The position numbers were made by a program, and so were the translations under genes. Below, one piece after another: positions 1 through 11,535 of a DNA stretch of 64,000 nt. The DNA comes from Haliotis rufescens. Lineage: Eukaryota. The stretch's first letter is position 1, and every line of letters starts with the position of its first letter. The stretch covers positions 372,001 to 436,000 of the forward strand of contig NW_025964389.1 in the NCBI RefSeq assembly GCF_023055435.1. The letters are read 5' to 3'. Below the pieces are notes generated by a model that was not told where the DNA came from, made no database searches, and saw only the letters and a program-made list of their open reading frames with translations.

Positions 1-1142
1 TGTAAAAGGTTAAAACTCATTTTCAAAATGCCTTCCATTTAATGCCGATTTGACCAGAAGACATAAGTATACACAACGCGAAAGGCATTGCTTCGAGATC
101 CTGTATCAACCATGTCTGATGACTAAACCAAAATTGTAAGAATGTTAATTTTTTGACGTAAAAATTATACGCTCGTGGGGTTTCGGATATTTTGATATAA
201 AAAAGTCTCACGAGCTTCGACCTATTTTTTTTTTTTTATAATTTAAATAGCGTATAGATTTTGCCTTCGCCTAGTTTTCGTTCTGTCACCCCCTGCGTTG
301 TAACCCATTAGAGGTAATGGATGTTTTGTGAAGCTTTCGAGTAGGTTGACCTGAAGGACTTTGTTTCAAACTCACTGCCGCCATGACGCAAGGGCTTCAT
401 GGGTATTTTGATTAATGATATAATATTTGATATTCTCCCATAAACTACATGTCAGTACTGTACGACCCGGAGTCAGATGACGACGAGAGTTAAGTACACA
501 CCGGATGGACAAAGATTGTCGGCCTGATATATACACGAGTGGATTTCACACCAGCCGTTGTACATTTCACAACGCACACATCAGCGTGCGTATTTCAATC
601 CGCTACATGCGTGTAGATTTCATATCAACATAAACACGTGTACATAGCCACGTTATGGTGCCATCATCTGTAGATATGCAAATTGCATACCGATATACGC
701 AGAATTACATGTTTCTTGATATCAGTTTCAGCACGTGTTAATGTCACGTGACTTTCATCCCCTTCGGAAAGATTAGTCTTTGACACCACGTCCATATAAA
801 CAATCAAATCATTTGATTTCATTTTTGGCAAACAAATAGTCGTCTATGCGTTGCATCCCGTTGTTGTCGGCATCTTACATGTCCTTGGGAACTTTACGTC
901 AGGGTGACGTTCAGACGTCTTCAAGTCGTCACAGAGAATAATAGAATGTTCGTCACATACGTCTGTGCACAAAACAATACTGAGTGGACGATTAGACTAT
1001 CGTCTTGAAATAACACAAGTTGATGAGAAATTCAATTTTGGACGAAAACCACATTTCTTCATCTTCATTTCGCAGATGTGTTGTATATTTCATACACCAA
1101 CCAATGACGTCGGGATGTCCATTTCAGCCTCGCACCTGTCAC

Positions 1143-1225
1143 TTAACAGTGTCCGATGACGTGCATCATTATCACCATGACAACCAGACCAACGATGACG
1201 GAGAGAGATCCACTATGAGATGCAC
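1143..1225 (-). CDS. Last coding exon: probable GPI-anchor signal / C-terminal hydrophobic tail
   Basis: Acceptor ttttgctacag|. Encodes GASHSGSLSVIVGLVVMVIMMHVIGHC*, in frame with the LDLa exon. Confidence 0.82.
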
Positions 1226-4200
1226 CTGTAGCAAAATAGGGAGTGTGTTGTAATTTCTGATTAATTAAACTAAAGACGAATAATAAAAGGTCACATTGTT
1301 GTTGACGCCACGAAATGACTTCACCATGCCCGCTGGTAGTTCTTAATGCCATTCGGAACACACCGACCCGCCTTCAGATTCTCTTCATCAGTGTTCAATA
1401 TACGACGAGATTCACTTGCGCAGGAAGCAGCCATAGGCTTGTCAGGATCAATATTTGAACACTTCCCCCACTCTTGACACAATTACGAAAAATAATGAAA
1501 ACTTTAAAACTCTCCTTAAAGTGAAAAAAAATCTGTTTTCAACTGGTTTAAGATCTTAGAAGCTTCTACAAGTCCTGGTATTAAATCCGTTTAGTTGATA
1601 ACAGAGCCATAAACTTCCCCACATATTCAAACAGTTCAATAAATCAAATGTCAAATAACTTCGGAAATTCGTAAACAATTTCGCCGATAACTGTAATAAT
1701 GTCAATGGGTCTTAAAACATTTAACGTAATCTTACAAAAATTAATGTCTTCCACTCGTGAAATGTCGAGTTTTGGCTGGTACGGCGCAACTCACACCATA
1801 ATGTGTGGTGCAAGATGAGGGATGAAGCTGAGTGAGTGAGTGAGCGGGCGGGTGGGGAGGTTTAGTGAGTGCGTGAGCTGGTGAGCAGGTGAGTGAGCGA
1901 GTGAGCAGGTGAGTTAGTGAGTGAGTGAGTGAGTGAGTGAGTGAGTGAGCGGGCGGGTGGGGAGGTTTAGTAAGTAAGTGAGCGGGTGAGCAGGTGAGTG
2001 AGTAAGTGAGCAGGTGAGTTAGTGAGTGAGTGAGCGGGTGAGCAGGTGAGTTAGTGAGTGAGCGAGCAGGTGAGTTAGTGAGTAAGTGAGTTGGCAGGAG
2101 GGGAGGTTTAGTGAGTGAGTGGCTGAGCGGGCGGTTGGGGAGGTTTGTTGAGTGAGTGAGTGAGCAGGTGGGCGGCAGCTGAGTGAGTGAGTGAGTCAGT
2201 GAGTGGGCGGGTGGGGATATTTGGTGAGTGAGCGAGCGAGTGAGCCGGTGAGTGAGTAAGTGAGTGAGAGAGCAAGCGAGCGGGCGGCTGTGGAGGTTTG
2301 GTGAGTGCGTGAGCTGGTGAGCAGGTGAGTGAGTGAGTGATCGGGCGGGTGGGGAGGTTTGGTGAGTGTGCGAGCGGGTGAGCAGGTGAGTGATTAAGTG
2401 AGTGAGTGAGCGAGCGGGTGAGCATGTGAGTGAGTGAGCGGGCGGGTTTGGGAGGTTTGGTGAGTGAGTAAGTGAGTGAGTGAGTGAGTGAGTGAGTGAG
2501 CAGGTAGATGGCAGCTGAGTGATTGAGTGAGTGAGTGTGTGAGTCAGGAACCGAGCGGTTGTTTGGGCGGGCGGGTGAGTTTACCACCGATTTGGGCAGT
2601 ACTTCAGTCATACCGCCCCCCCCCCCCCCCCCCCCAATACCCCACAAACAGCAGCGCCTGTTGATATTTGTCCACACACAACACTCCATCCTAACCCCAC
2701 CCCCCAGAAATGAAGGACATACCCGTGTCCTTGACGAACTGGTAGTGGACCGACCCCACCCGGTTGTCCTTAAAACAGGGGTCGCTCTTCTCGTCGCTGC
2801 CATCGTGGCACTGCACGGTGTCGTCACACAATTCGCTCATTGGTATGCACATCTTGCCGCTCTTGCACGTGAAGTACTTCGATGTCGCGCACATTGATGT
2901 GTTAAACCGGACGGGCAGAGCTGAAAGGAAAGAAACGATGACATTACATCACAAAACGGTTACAACAAGCACTGATATTTTTTTGGGCAATAAACATACT
3001 GAAAAAATAGTATTGGGATCATGACCGTTTTGGGGGATATTTTCATGAAACTGCGTGCTCTTCGCTACAAATAAATATCCCCAAGAATATTCATGATCTC
3101 TAATTTTTTGTTCAGTGTACATACCTTTGAACTACCCAACCTTTGGAAGGGGAAATCAGATGTCATATGTATTTAAATATAAACTTGACATTTGTTTAGA
3201 ATCAGTTTCGGGTATCATAGAAACATAGAAATCTCCTCAAATGTGGAGTACTAGAGACTCTATTCCAAGTTTTAGCTTGACCCGGAATGGCATGACATGA
3301 ATATTGGTGTAATCTAAATGGTTTCGTACCGAACTACTGATATGACGAACTACTGATATAACGAACACATTTCAACTGTCCAATACAGTGAGTGAGTGAT
3401 ACATATAATAAAATTAAATATAATACATATATTGAAACTGATATAAAAAACCTGCCAACGAGGGACTGTCCAATACAGTTGGTTATAAGCCTGTTTTAAT
3501 GTTTTATGTTTTGCATTATGAAATTTGAAATGTAATAAAAATGTGAAGACAGCAAATGTTGTATTCCATATACACATTCTTCTTCTTCTTCTTCTTCTTA
3601 TTATTATTATTAACAGCGGATCTAGAGTATCTTATGCCTTAATTACAATGTGTGCTATATACAAATCAATATATGATATACCCTGCGGCAATAACTCGTG
3701 TATAAGAAGATGGCTTGTTGAATCTTATCCTTACTTATAAAGACTATCGGGGGCACGGGTGGCCCAGTCGTCCAAGGCGCCGCAATTCGCTGTGTAGAGA
3801 CATATGATTGTGGGTTCGAGTCCCGGTTCGCCCCGATTATGATCTAGGTTTGTCAGCACCATACCCGTGCTCGTGGGTTTCATCGAAGTGGTAAACGTCT
3901 GAGAACTGCATCACTTCGGGCTTTCCTCTCGCATTAAGCTGACACGCCGCGATATAACTGGAATACTGTTAAAAGCGGCGTAAAACCCAACTCACTCACT
4001 CACTATAAGGACCACCAGTTATCAAGACAGATTGGCATTAGGTAGCTGATTAGGGAAATCTATAATAATTTATTTACTTCGTTGTCCTCCCAGTGCCCTA
4101 CTCATCTCGCACTTTTCAAGCCTACGTAAAACTGAGTGATGGTTTTGACCAACTTTGGATGAAGGCCCGTTTTATTAATAAATCTGAATCACCTGTTCAT

Positions 4201-7200
4201 ATTTTATTTTCCTTTTATGGGGGAACGGGGGCCCCAGTCGTCTAACGCGCAGCAAATCGCTGCGCAGAGCTGCGTCCGTTCGGCATGCCGGAAACGAATG
4301 ATTGCGGGTTCGATTCTCGCATCGACACGATTGCTTCTAAGTTTGTCAACACAAACCCGTGCTGGTGGATTTCACCAGTAGTAAGTGTCTAAGACCTGCA
4401 TCATCCCCCCACATTAATCTGACGTGCCGTGGTGAAACTGGAATACTGTTGAAAGCGGCGTTAAACCCAACTCACTCACGTCTATGTCGATTCAGTGAGC
4501 GAGCGTCCGCCATTACGTGAATGGGTTCTGGGAATCGCTGTGTCATTACTCACACCGTACGAACCGTGAACGTCCTTGTATGTCCGTGTCACGGATGTAG
4601 TACGGCGACAGATGTTCCGCAACAGAATTAAACAATGCCATATACTAAATATACTAAGTGATTAAGAAATGACGCACAGTAGGTCTCAATGGCGGTCTGC
4701 CCCGGATAAAGCCGAGAGAATCCGAATGATGTTTCATGGCCTGCGTCGTGTTGTTGCAATATCCGAATTCCAAATAAGGTCATAAAATTATTCTCTTGTG
4801 AGGTGTCCTAGATTAGGGAAAAAATACTCAGTAAATTGTGTTTTCAATGATGCTGTCATTTGAAGGCCCTAAACCCAATTTTGAACCAAAATTATAAATA
4901 CGTATTTTCATGAGACATTAGCTGCAAAATACCAACTGTATAAATAGTGGTAACTATATTCGCGTCATTTATCTTACAATAAATTGACCATCTGTCGACC
5001 AGCCCAGTTGGACAGGGACCCAATCTGGCCCGGAATCCCATTTGGGGACTAAAAATGATATAACAAATGGTCCTCCTGAAATATAGAGACTGCCAGGTCA
5101 TAGCTGAAACTGTATACGTGGTATCCCTGTTGTCATAATAGCCGTCAGATCCACATGAAACATGAGTGTTTTGTTTTGTTTGTTTGTTTGTTGTTTTACG
5201 CCGCACTCAGCAATATTCCAGCTATATGGCGTCGGTCTGTAAATAATCGAGTCTGGACCAGAGAATCCAGTGAAAGACATCATGTGCATCGATCCACGCA
5301 ATTGGGACCGATGACATGCATCAACAAAGTCAGCGAGCCTGACCACCCGATCCCGTTAGTCGCCTTTAACGACAAGCATAGTCGCCTTTTACGACAGCAT
5401 GGGTTGCTGAAGACCTATTCTACCCCGGAATCTTCACGGGTCGAAACATGAGTGAGTTCTGGTAAGTGAGTTTGGTTTAACGCGGCTTTTAACAGTTTTC
5501 CACTTATGTCACGGCGTGTCAGCTCAATGTGGCAGGAAACCCCGAAGTGACGTTTACCACTTTGGCAAAACCCAGGAGCAATGGTAGGGTGTGACGAACC
5601 TAAAGCATAATCAGAATAAGTCTTCAGCAACCCATGCTTGCCGTAAAAAGGCGACTATGCTTGTCGTAAGAGGCGACTTACAGGGTCGGGTGGTCAGGCT
5701 TAGGTGATGCATGCCATCGTTTCCCAAGTGCGTGGATCGATGCTCTTGATGTCAATCACTGGATTGTATGGACCAGACTCGATTATTTACAGACCGCCTT
5801 TAAAAAGGTAGACCCCTAAAGGAACCCTACAATGGGTCCACCGCAATGACCCTCATCTACCCTACCGTCCACCGCAATGACCCTCACCTACCCTACCGTC
5901 CACCGCAATGACCCTCACCTACCCTACCATCCACCGCAATGACCCTCACCTACCTTACCACCCACCAATGACCCTCACCTACCCTACCATCCAACGCAAT
6001 GACCCTCACCTACCCTACACCGCAATGACCCTCACCTACCTTACCACCCACCAATGACCCTCACCTACCCTACCGTCCACCGCAATGACCCTCACCTACC
6101 TTACCATCCACCGCAATGACCCTCACCTACTCTACCATCAACCGCAATGACCCTCACCTACCCTACCATCCACCAATGACCCTCACCTACCCTACCATCC
6201 ACCGCAATGACCCTCACCTACCCTACACCGCAATGACCCTCACCTACCCTACCGTCCACCGCAATGACCCTCACCTACCCTACCATCCACCGCAATGACC
6301 CTCACCTACCCTACCATCCACCGCAATGACCCTCACCTACCCTACCATCCACCGCATTGACCCTCACCTACCCTACGTTTCACCGCAATAAGCATCACCT
6401 GCCCGAAAATCCTGAAAGGCACACACACGTCTCACGCTGTCCCCTTACACAGATTTCGGTCCAAATTCGTGTTTTTTTTCTCCTTCAAACCACATTGACG
6501 TTTTAGTTTAACGCTGATCACCGTCAAAGAGCGTTGGGACTTAAGAAAGCAATACTCACACACGAAACTCGCAACACGCAACAATCCCAAAGGTTCTCAA
6601 ATCGTCAAAGATTTAAACGCTGTCATCGATTTGGGTCTATTTCGGATCATCGAATCATTACAGATCAATCAGGTGAGCAGACAGGGGACGGACGCGACTC
6701 CCAGAAGACGCATCCCCCCTCGCTGACAATATATCCTCCTGGCCAGTCAGTAACTACTTTCCTGACAGATGTTTTACAGATGTTGCCTAAACAGACGTTA
6801 CCAACGTCATTCTAGACGATCAGGTCAAATTTGTTTTCTCACTGGGAGAAATATTTCTGGATTCTTAGACATTCCCTATTTCTGCTGTATGTTACACAAA
6901 TGTATTTCAACGATTGATGAGACTTTCATGTCTCCGTGAGTTACGCATCACTGTGTCGATACTTTCAAACTCATTATCGCATCCTTCGGCTCACCTCGAC
7001 CCCATAGGTGATCCGCCAGCATTGGAAGTGTTTACTAGTTTTACTAGTTTACGTGACTATTACGAAACACAATCAGGCGACAGTACACCATCATATACAT
7101 ATAAAACTGCATCCCAAATTTCTGTTGACCATGAACAAAAATATATTCCGTTGTCAAATGAACCAATATGTGGACAGATTGGTCATCTGAGTTTGTACAT

Positions 7201-8370
7201 TTGACAGTGAAATAATTCATTATCGGTACAGTAGACTACGGTTAAAACGAACACGCTTATAACGAACTGACGGATATAACGAACTTACTTTTTGGTCCCG
7301 ACTTTTTTGCTGTAGTTATCCTGTATATATGCTTATAACGAACTACGGTTATAACGAACTAAAATTAGTAGTCCCTTTGAGTTCGTTATAACCGTAGTTT
7401 ACTGTATTTAACTACTGCCCTTGGTATTATGAATGTGACAGACTATGCCGAATGGACCGAATGTATTAGACCAATATAGAAGCCGGGTCACTTTATTTCC
7501 ACTGGTTGAAAAAAAAAATTTGAACTATTTTTGTTCACGTGCACATCGCATGACAATAAACATGCTTGCCAATCGAACACACTGAAGGGGACGGAAATGT
7601 CATTTAAAGGAAGTCATCGAGAGGCGCACAAACGCTAGAAGACCTAAAATATCACGTGACAAATTGGTCACAATGGAATGTCCTATTAGCACAGGACATC
7701 AGTGTTATCAAAACATGACAGAATTTAGGTGTAGAATCCCCGTGCGCCACAAATAGCACAATAGCACTCAGTGGAAAGCGAAAGGAACCGAATGAGCCCG
7801 AGTGGATCTGAACGGATCCGCGGCAACCCGTATGCACCCGAGTGCACCCGAGTGCACCTAGAGGACCGGAACTTACGTGGGCACGGCACTGTGTTGCACT
7901 CGTCATCTTCAAAGGCCTCTCCATCACATTCCATCCCGTCATTGATAGGTGGATTGCACGTGCGATCCCGCTGTCGAATACCTCCACCACATGCCTCGGA
8001 ACATGGTGACCATATGCCCCAGGGCCTCCAGCTACCGTCAACTGTAACAACAACAACAACAATGAGTGAGTAGGTGAGTGAGTTGGGTTTAACGCCTCTT
8101 TTAACAGTATTCCAGTTATATCGCGGCGTGTCAGCTTAATGTGGGAGGAAAGCCCGAGGTGATGCAGGTATCAGACGTTTACCACTTCGGTGATACCCAC
8201 GTGCACGGTATGGTGCTGACAAACCTAGAAACTTATTCGGGGCGAACCGGGATTCGAACCCACAATCATAGGTTTCTGGCGTGCCCAAGGGACGCAACAA
8301 TGCACAGCGAATCGCGGCGCCTTAGACGACTGGGCCACCCGTGCCCCCAAACAAGAAGAAGAAAAACATG

Positions 8371-8406
<36 letters not shown>

Positions 8407-10236
8407 TGGTAACCACATACCACAGGTCCTCTAGCTACTGCAAGAACAATAACAAAAATAAGAAGAACAACAACATTAACATTACCTCAACAGTAACGAA
8501 GAAGAAGAAGAAGAAGAACAAGAAGAAGAACAAGAAGAACAACAATAACGATGATGATGATGATAGAAATAATAACGTCAACTTTAACGACAAGAACAAG
8601 AAGAACAGGAACAATAACGATAATGATGATGATGATGGTGATGACGATGATAATAATTAATACTGATAAGGGTGGTGTTTATTATCAACAGCGTTCTTTT
8701 GTTGGTTTAAACTTAAACGCCGAAGACAAACAATCTTTTTCAGGTGCATCACGACGGCCTGTAAATAATTGATCCATGCTTTCGGGTACAACACGAATTC
8801 ACCCGTGTCACAGCTATGGTGATATTAGAACTGACGCCAATATGGTTTGCGTTTACTTTGGCTACGCGTATTTACACTGTGTGCACACCCGGTTTCATGT
8901 TTATTTAGGAACTTTTATTGAGGTATAAAAGTATAAAAACGGGCGTTTACACTGTGTAAATGCGCGTCGCGAAGACATATTCAAGTCTTATAATTACATG
9001 TCAACGATCATAACCTCACAGACTGCTTATTTAATCTTCCTTCATGCAATAATGTAACAAGCCCCGCCCATTCTATTATCGACCAATCAGGAAACAGCAG
9101 CCCGGGCCCGTTAGTGGGCGTGGAATAAATAGTTGTCGGTTCATAGGAAACATAAACACAAAAGAAATTGGTTGGTTAGCCAATATATACCACGGAATCA
9201 TTTGCAATTTATCTATATCCCAGTCAAATAAAAGTCTGATGACTGATGGCTGTCGGTTCTCGTCATGAGTCGGGGCCAAACATGGGCTTAAACGGCCGAC
9301 AATGGATAGCATCTAGCAACTAGACACTGTGGTTTGCGTTCCATTTTTACGAATTTTACGCCGAAGTCAGAGTACGATGACACTCAATCAGCCAAGTCAC
9401 ATCAGCCATACTCATTTTAATCGGCCATACAACAAGCACGGTTTGCCAGGGTCTTATTCAGCCCCGGAGCAAAGCAGAGATTTTGCCAGAAACTTAATAT
9501 AAATAAAGTGAGATCCCCGCTTTCAGTTCCAGAAAGGGGATTTCCATTCAACCAGAGTGGGAGCGTATGGAAGTCAAAGCTTAGATCAAAGATGTCCGTC
9601 TCAAACTTAAAGACGTCTATTCCGATCTTGCCCTTAACCTTTCGATCGCTTGAATGATTTCATTTCATGACATCATCAAGTGTGACACAAAGTTAAAATG
9701 AAAGAATTCTAAACAATTCTAGGATATCACTGCATGATGACTCAATACACATTTAATATAACAGACCCAGTCATTCTTTTTAAAACATTTTAGCCTTAAG
9801 TCAATACATAAGTTAAGTCAAGTCCGTATTTTAAGATGTCCAAAATTTGAAAATAGAAAAATGTCATTCATGTAACCACAAGTGATAATGATGATCATTT
9901 ATGAAAGGTTTGCTAATTTCTAAATCGATTCAGATCTGGTTGGACAAACAGGGTCACTCAGTGTGTCCAGTTCGGTCGTCACGGAAACTCACCGGGACAT
10001 TGTCCGTTGTTGCAACCAGAGTTCTCGGACATTGTGAAGGGTTTATCAAACGGTGTCTCGCCCTTCGGTTGTTCCCAGTGACGTGTCCTGGAGGTTATGC
10101 CGCTCCCACACGATTCGGAACACGCTGACCATTGGGACCACTTCGTCCACGCGCCTACATCCGCATTCTGACCAGCGACGATGTCCAGCAGCATCAGCAC
10201 AACGACGGACAGCACGGGGACACACTTCAGATCCAT
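1143..10236 (-). CDS. Spliced gene encoding a 229-aa signal peptide-TSP1-TSP1-LDLa-hydrophobic tail protein; join(10236..9993,8041..7877,2920..2723,1225..1143)
   Basis: Exon lengths 244+165+198+83=690 nt give an open frame ending in TAA. All three junctions are phase 1 with GT-AG sites. Domain signatures are recognisable in each exon. Confidence 0.9.
1829..2545. repeat. Complex (GAGT)n/(GAGC)-based minisatellite in intron
   Basis: Recurring gagtgagt, gagcaggtgagt and gggcgggtggggaggttt units. Confidence 0.95.
2723..2920 (-). CDS. Exon encoding LDL-receptor class A domain
   Basis: Acceptor tttcctttcag|. Encodes CATSKYFTCKSGKMCIPMSELCDDTVQCHDGSDEKSDPC (6 Cys, DGSDE motif). Donor G|GTATGT. 198 nt, phase 1-1. 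Confidence 0.95.
2997..3117. mobile_element. Small degenerate MITE (Tc1/mariner-like)
   Basis: About 45-bp imperfect inverted repeats (ACTGAAAAAA..GATCATGA..GGGGATATTT / AAATATCCCC..TCATGATC..TTCAGTG-TA). Confidence 0.6.
3749..4003 (+). mobile_element. SINE family A (tRNA-derived, V-domain-like), with head deletion
   Basis: A box TGGCCCAGTCG, B box GGTTCGAGTCC, shared tail and (ACTC)n. Confidence 0.9.
4219..4479 (+). mobile_element. SINE family A, diverged copy
   Basis: Colinear with the family A consensus from head to ACTC tail. Confidence 0.85.
5169..5442 (-). mobile_element. SINE-like family B, full length
   Basis: 12-bp TSD GAAACATGAGTG (5157-5168, 5443-5454). Begins GACCCGTGAAG and ends in (AAAC)n. 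Confidence 0.93.
5451..5800. mobile_element. Partial SINE A (minus) abutting partial family B (plus)
   Basis: A tail and body at about 5451-5612, followed by B sequence from agaataagtcttcagcaaccc to acagaccgcc. Confidence 0.8.
5838..6395. repeat. 31-bp minisatellite CCACCGCAATGACCCTCACCTACCCTACCAT
   Basis: About 18 tandem units with small indels. Confidence 0.95.
7229..7404. mobile_element. pogo/Tigger-type MITE
   Basis: TA-flanked TIRs CAGTAGACTACGGTTAAAACGAAC / GTTCGTTATAACCGTAGTTTACTG, with internal TATAACGAAC subrepeats. Confidence 0.9.
7877..8041 (-). CDS. Exon encoding second TSP1 repeat
   Basis: Acceptor ttgttacag|. Translates VDGSWRPWGIWSPCSEACGGGIRQRDRTCNPPINDGMECDGEAFEDDECNTVPCP (6 Cys). 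Donor C|GTAAGT. 165 nt, phase 1-1. Confidence 0.95.
8063..8348 (-). mobile_element. SINE family A, full length, about 20 bp upstream of an exon acceptor
   Basis: Matches the family A consensus throughout. Confidence 0.93.
8350..8660. repeat. Compound AAT/AAG/AAC/GAT microsatellite
   Basis: Trinucleotide runs seen directly. Confidence 0.9.
8856..8973. repeat. Short foldback / MITE-like inverted repeat
   Basis: ACGCGTATTTACACTGTGTGCACACCCGGTTT versus the reverse complement of the right arm, ACGCGCATTTACACAGTGTAAACGCCCGTTT. Confidence 0.65.
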
Positions 10237-10243
10237 CGCTTAT
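9993..10243 (-). CDS. Exon with 7-nt 5'UTR, ATG (10236), signal peptide and first TSP1 repeat
   Basis: Acceptor tttcag|ATAAGCGATG. Encodes MDLKCVPVLSVVVLMLLDIVAG then WTKWSQWSACSESCGSGITSRTR...CNNGQCP. Donor G|GTGAGT at 9992. Confidence 0.92.
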
Positions 10244-10524
10244 CTGAAACCAAGATGGCGGGGCTGTACACTTGTGTGGGTAATGTGTAATGTATGACAG
10301 TGTGTAGGTAGGATATTCAATTCCATATAGCTGACGTTTGCCTACAACAAACCAATGAAGAATCTGGAAGCCAAGGTTGCTAAAAGGTATCAGTACTGTT
10401 TTAGAGTGGTTCGGTATATGGGGATTGGGCGATTCGTCAAACAGTCTTCTTGATGAATGCGCAAGTAACACATGTGTGTTCCTCCCCCTTATTCAACGGG
10501 CGTAATATGATTTATGTTTGCAAT

Positions 10525-11535
10525 ATCTCAGCACTGGTTTTATCCCAGTTTCTGCAACAGCTTAGCATTTATTTTTTTCTTCTTTCAGCCGAATCTCAGC
10601 TGTGGATTTATCCCACCTTTAGCAACAGCTCAGCAACGGTTTTATCCCACTTTTGCCAATAGCGGAGCAATTGTTTTATCCCACTTTTAGCAACAGCTCA
10701 GCAACGGTTTTATCCCACTTTTGCCAATAGCTCACCAATGGTTTTATCCCACTTTTAGCAACAGGTCACCAATGGTTTTATCCCACTTTTGCCAATAGCT
10801 CACCAATGGTTTTATTCCACTTTTAGCAACAGCTCACCAATGGTTTTATCCCACTTTTAGCAACAGCTCAGCAACGGTTTTATCCCACTTTTGCCAATAG
10901 GGCAGCAATTGTTTTATCCCACCTTTAGCAACAGCTCAGCAACGGTATTATCCCACTTTTGCCAATAGCGCAGCAATTGTTATATCCCACTTTTAGCAAC
11001 AGCTCAGCAACGGTTTTATCCCACTTTTGCCAAAAGCTCACCAATGGTTTTATCCCACTTTTGCCAATAGCTCACCAATGGTTTTATCCCACTTTTAGCA
11101 ACAGCTCAGCAACGGTTTTATCCTACTTTTGCCATAGCTCAGCAATGGTTTTATCCCACTTTTAGTAATAGCTCAGCAATGGTTTTATCCTACTTTAGCC
11201 AACAGCTCAGCAATGGTTTTATCCTACATTTAGCAACAGCTCAGCAATGGTTTTATCCTACTTTAGCCAACAGCTCAGCAATGGTTTTATCCTACTTTCC
11301 ACAACAGCTCGGCAGTGGTTTGATCCCACTTTCTACAACAGATAAGAAATGGTTTAATCCTACTTTCTACGTCAGCTCGGCAGTGGTTTAATCCCACTTT
11401 CTACAACAGCTAAGAAATGGTTTAATCCTACTTTCTACGTCAGCTCGGCAGTGGTTTAATCCTACTTTCTACATCAGCTCGGAAATGGTTTTATCCTACT
11501 TTACGAACAGCTCAACAGTAGGTTCTATCCTACAT
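10525..11535. repeat. 34-bp minisatellite GCTCAGCAACGGTTTTATCCCACTTTTAGCAACA
   Basis: About 29 tandem units, degenerating at both edges. Confidence 0.95.

Noticed and set aside
2108-2827. 239-aa minus-strand ORF
   Set aside because: It is the wrong frame of the LDLa exon running into the (ACTC)n repeat.
7652-8062. 136-aa ORF
   Set aside because: It is an alternative frame over the TSP1 exon; the true frame is set by the splice sites.
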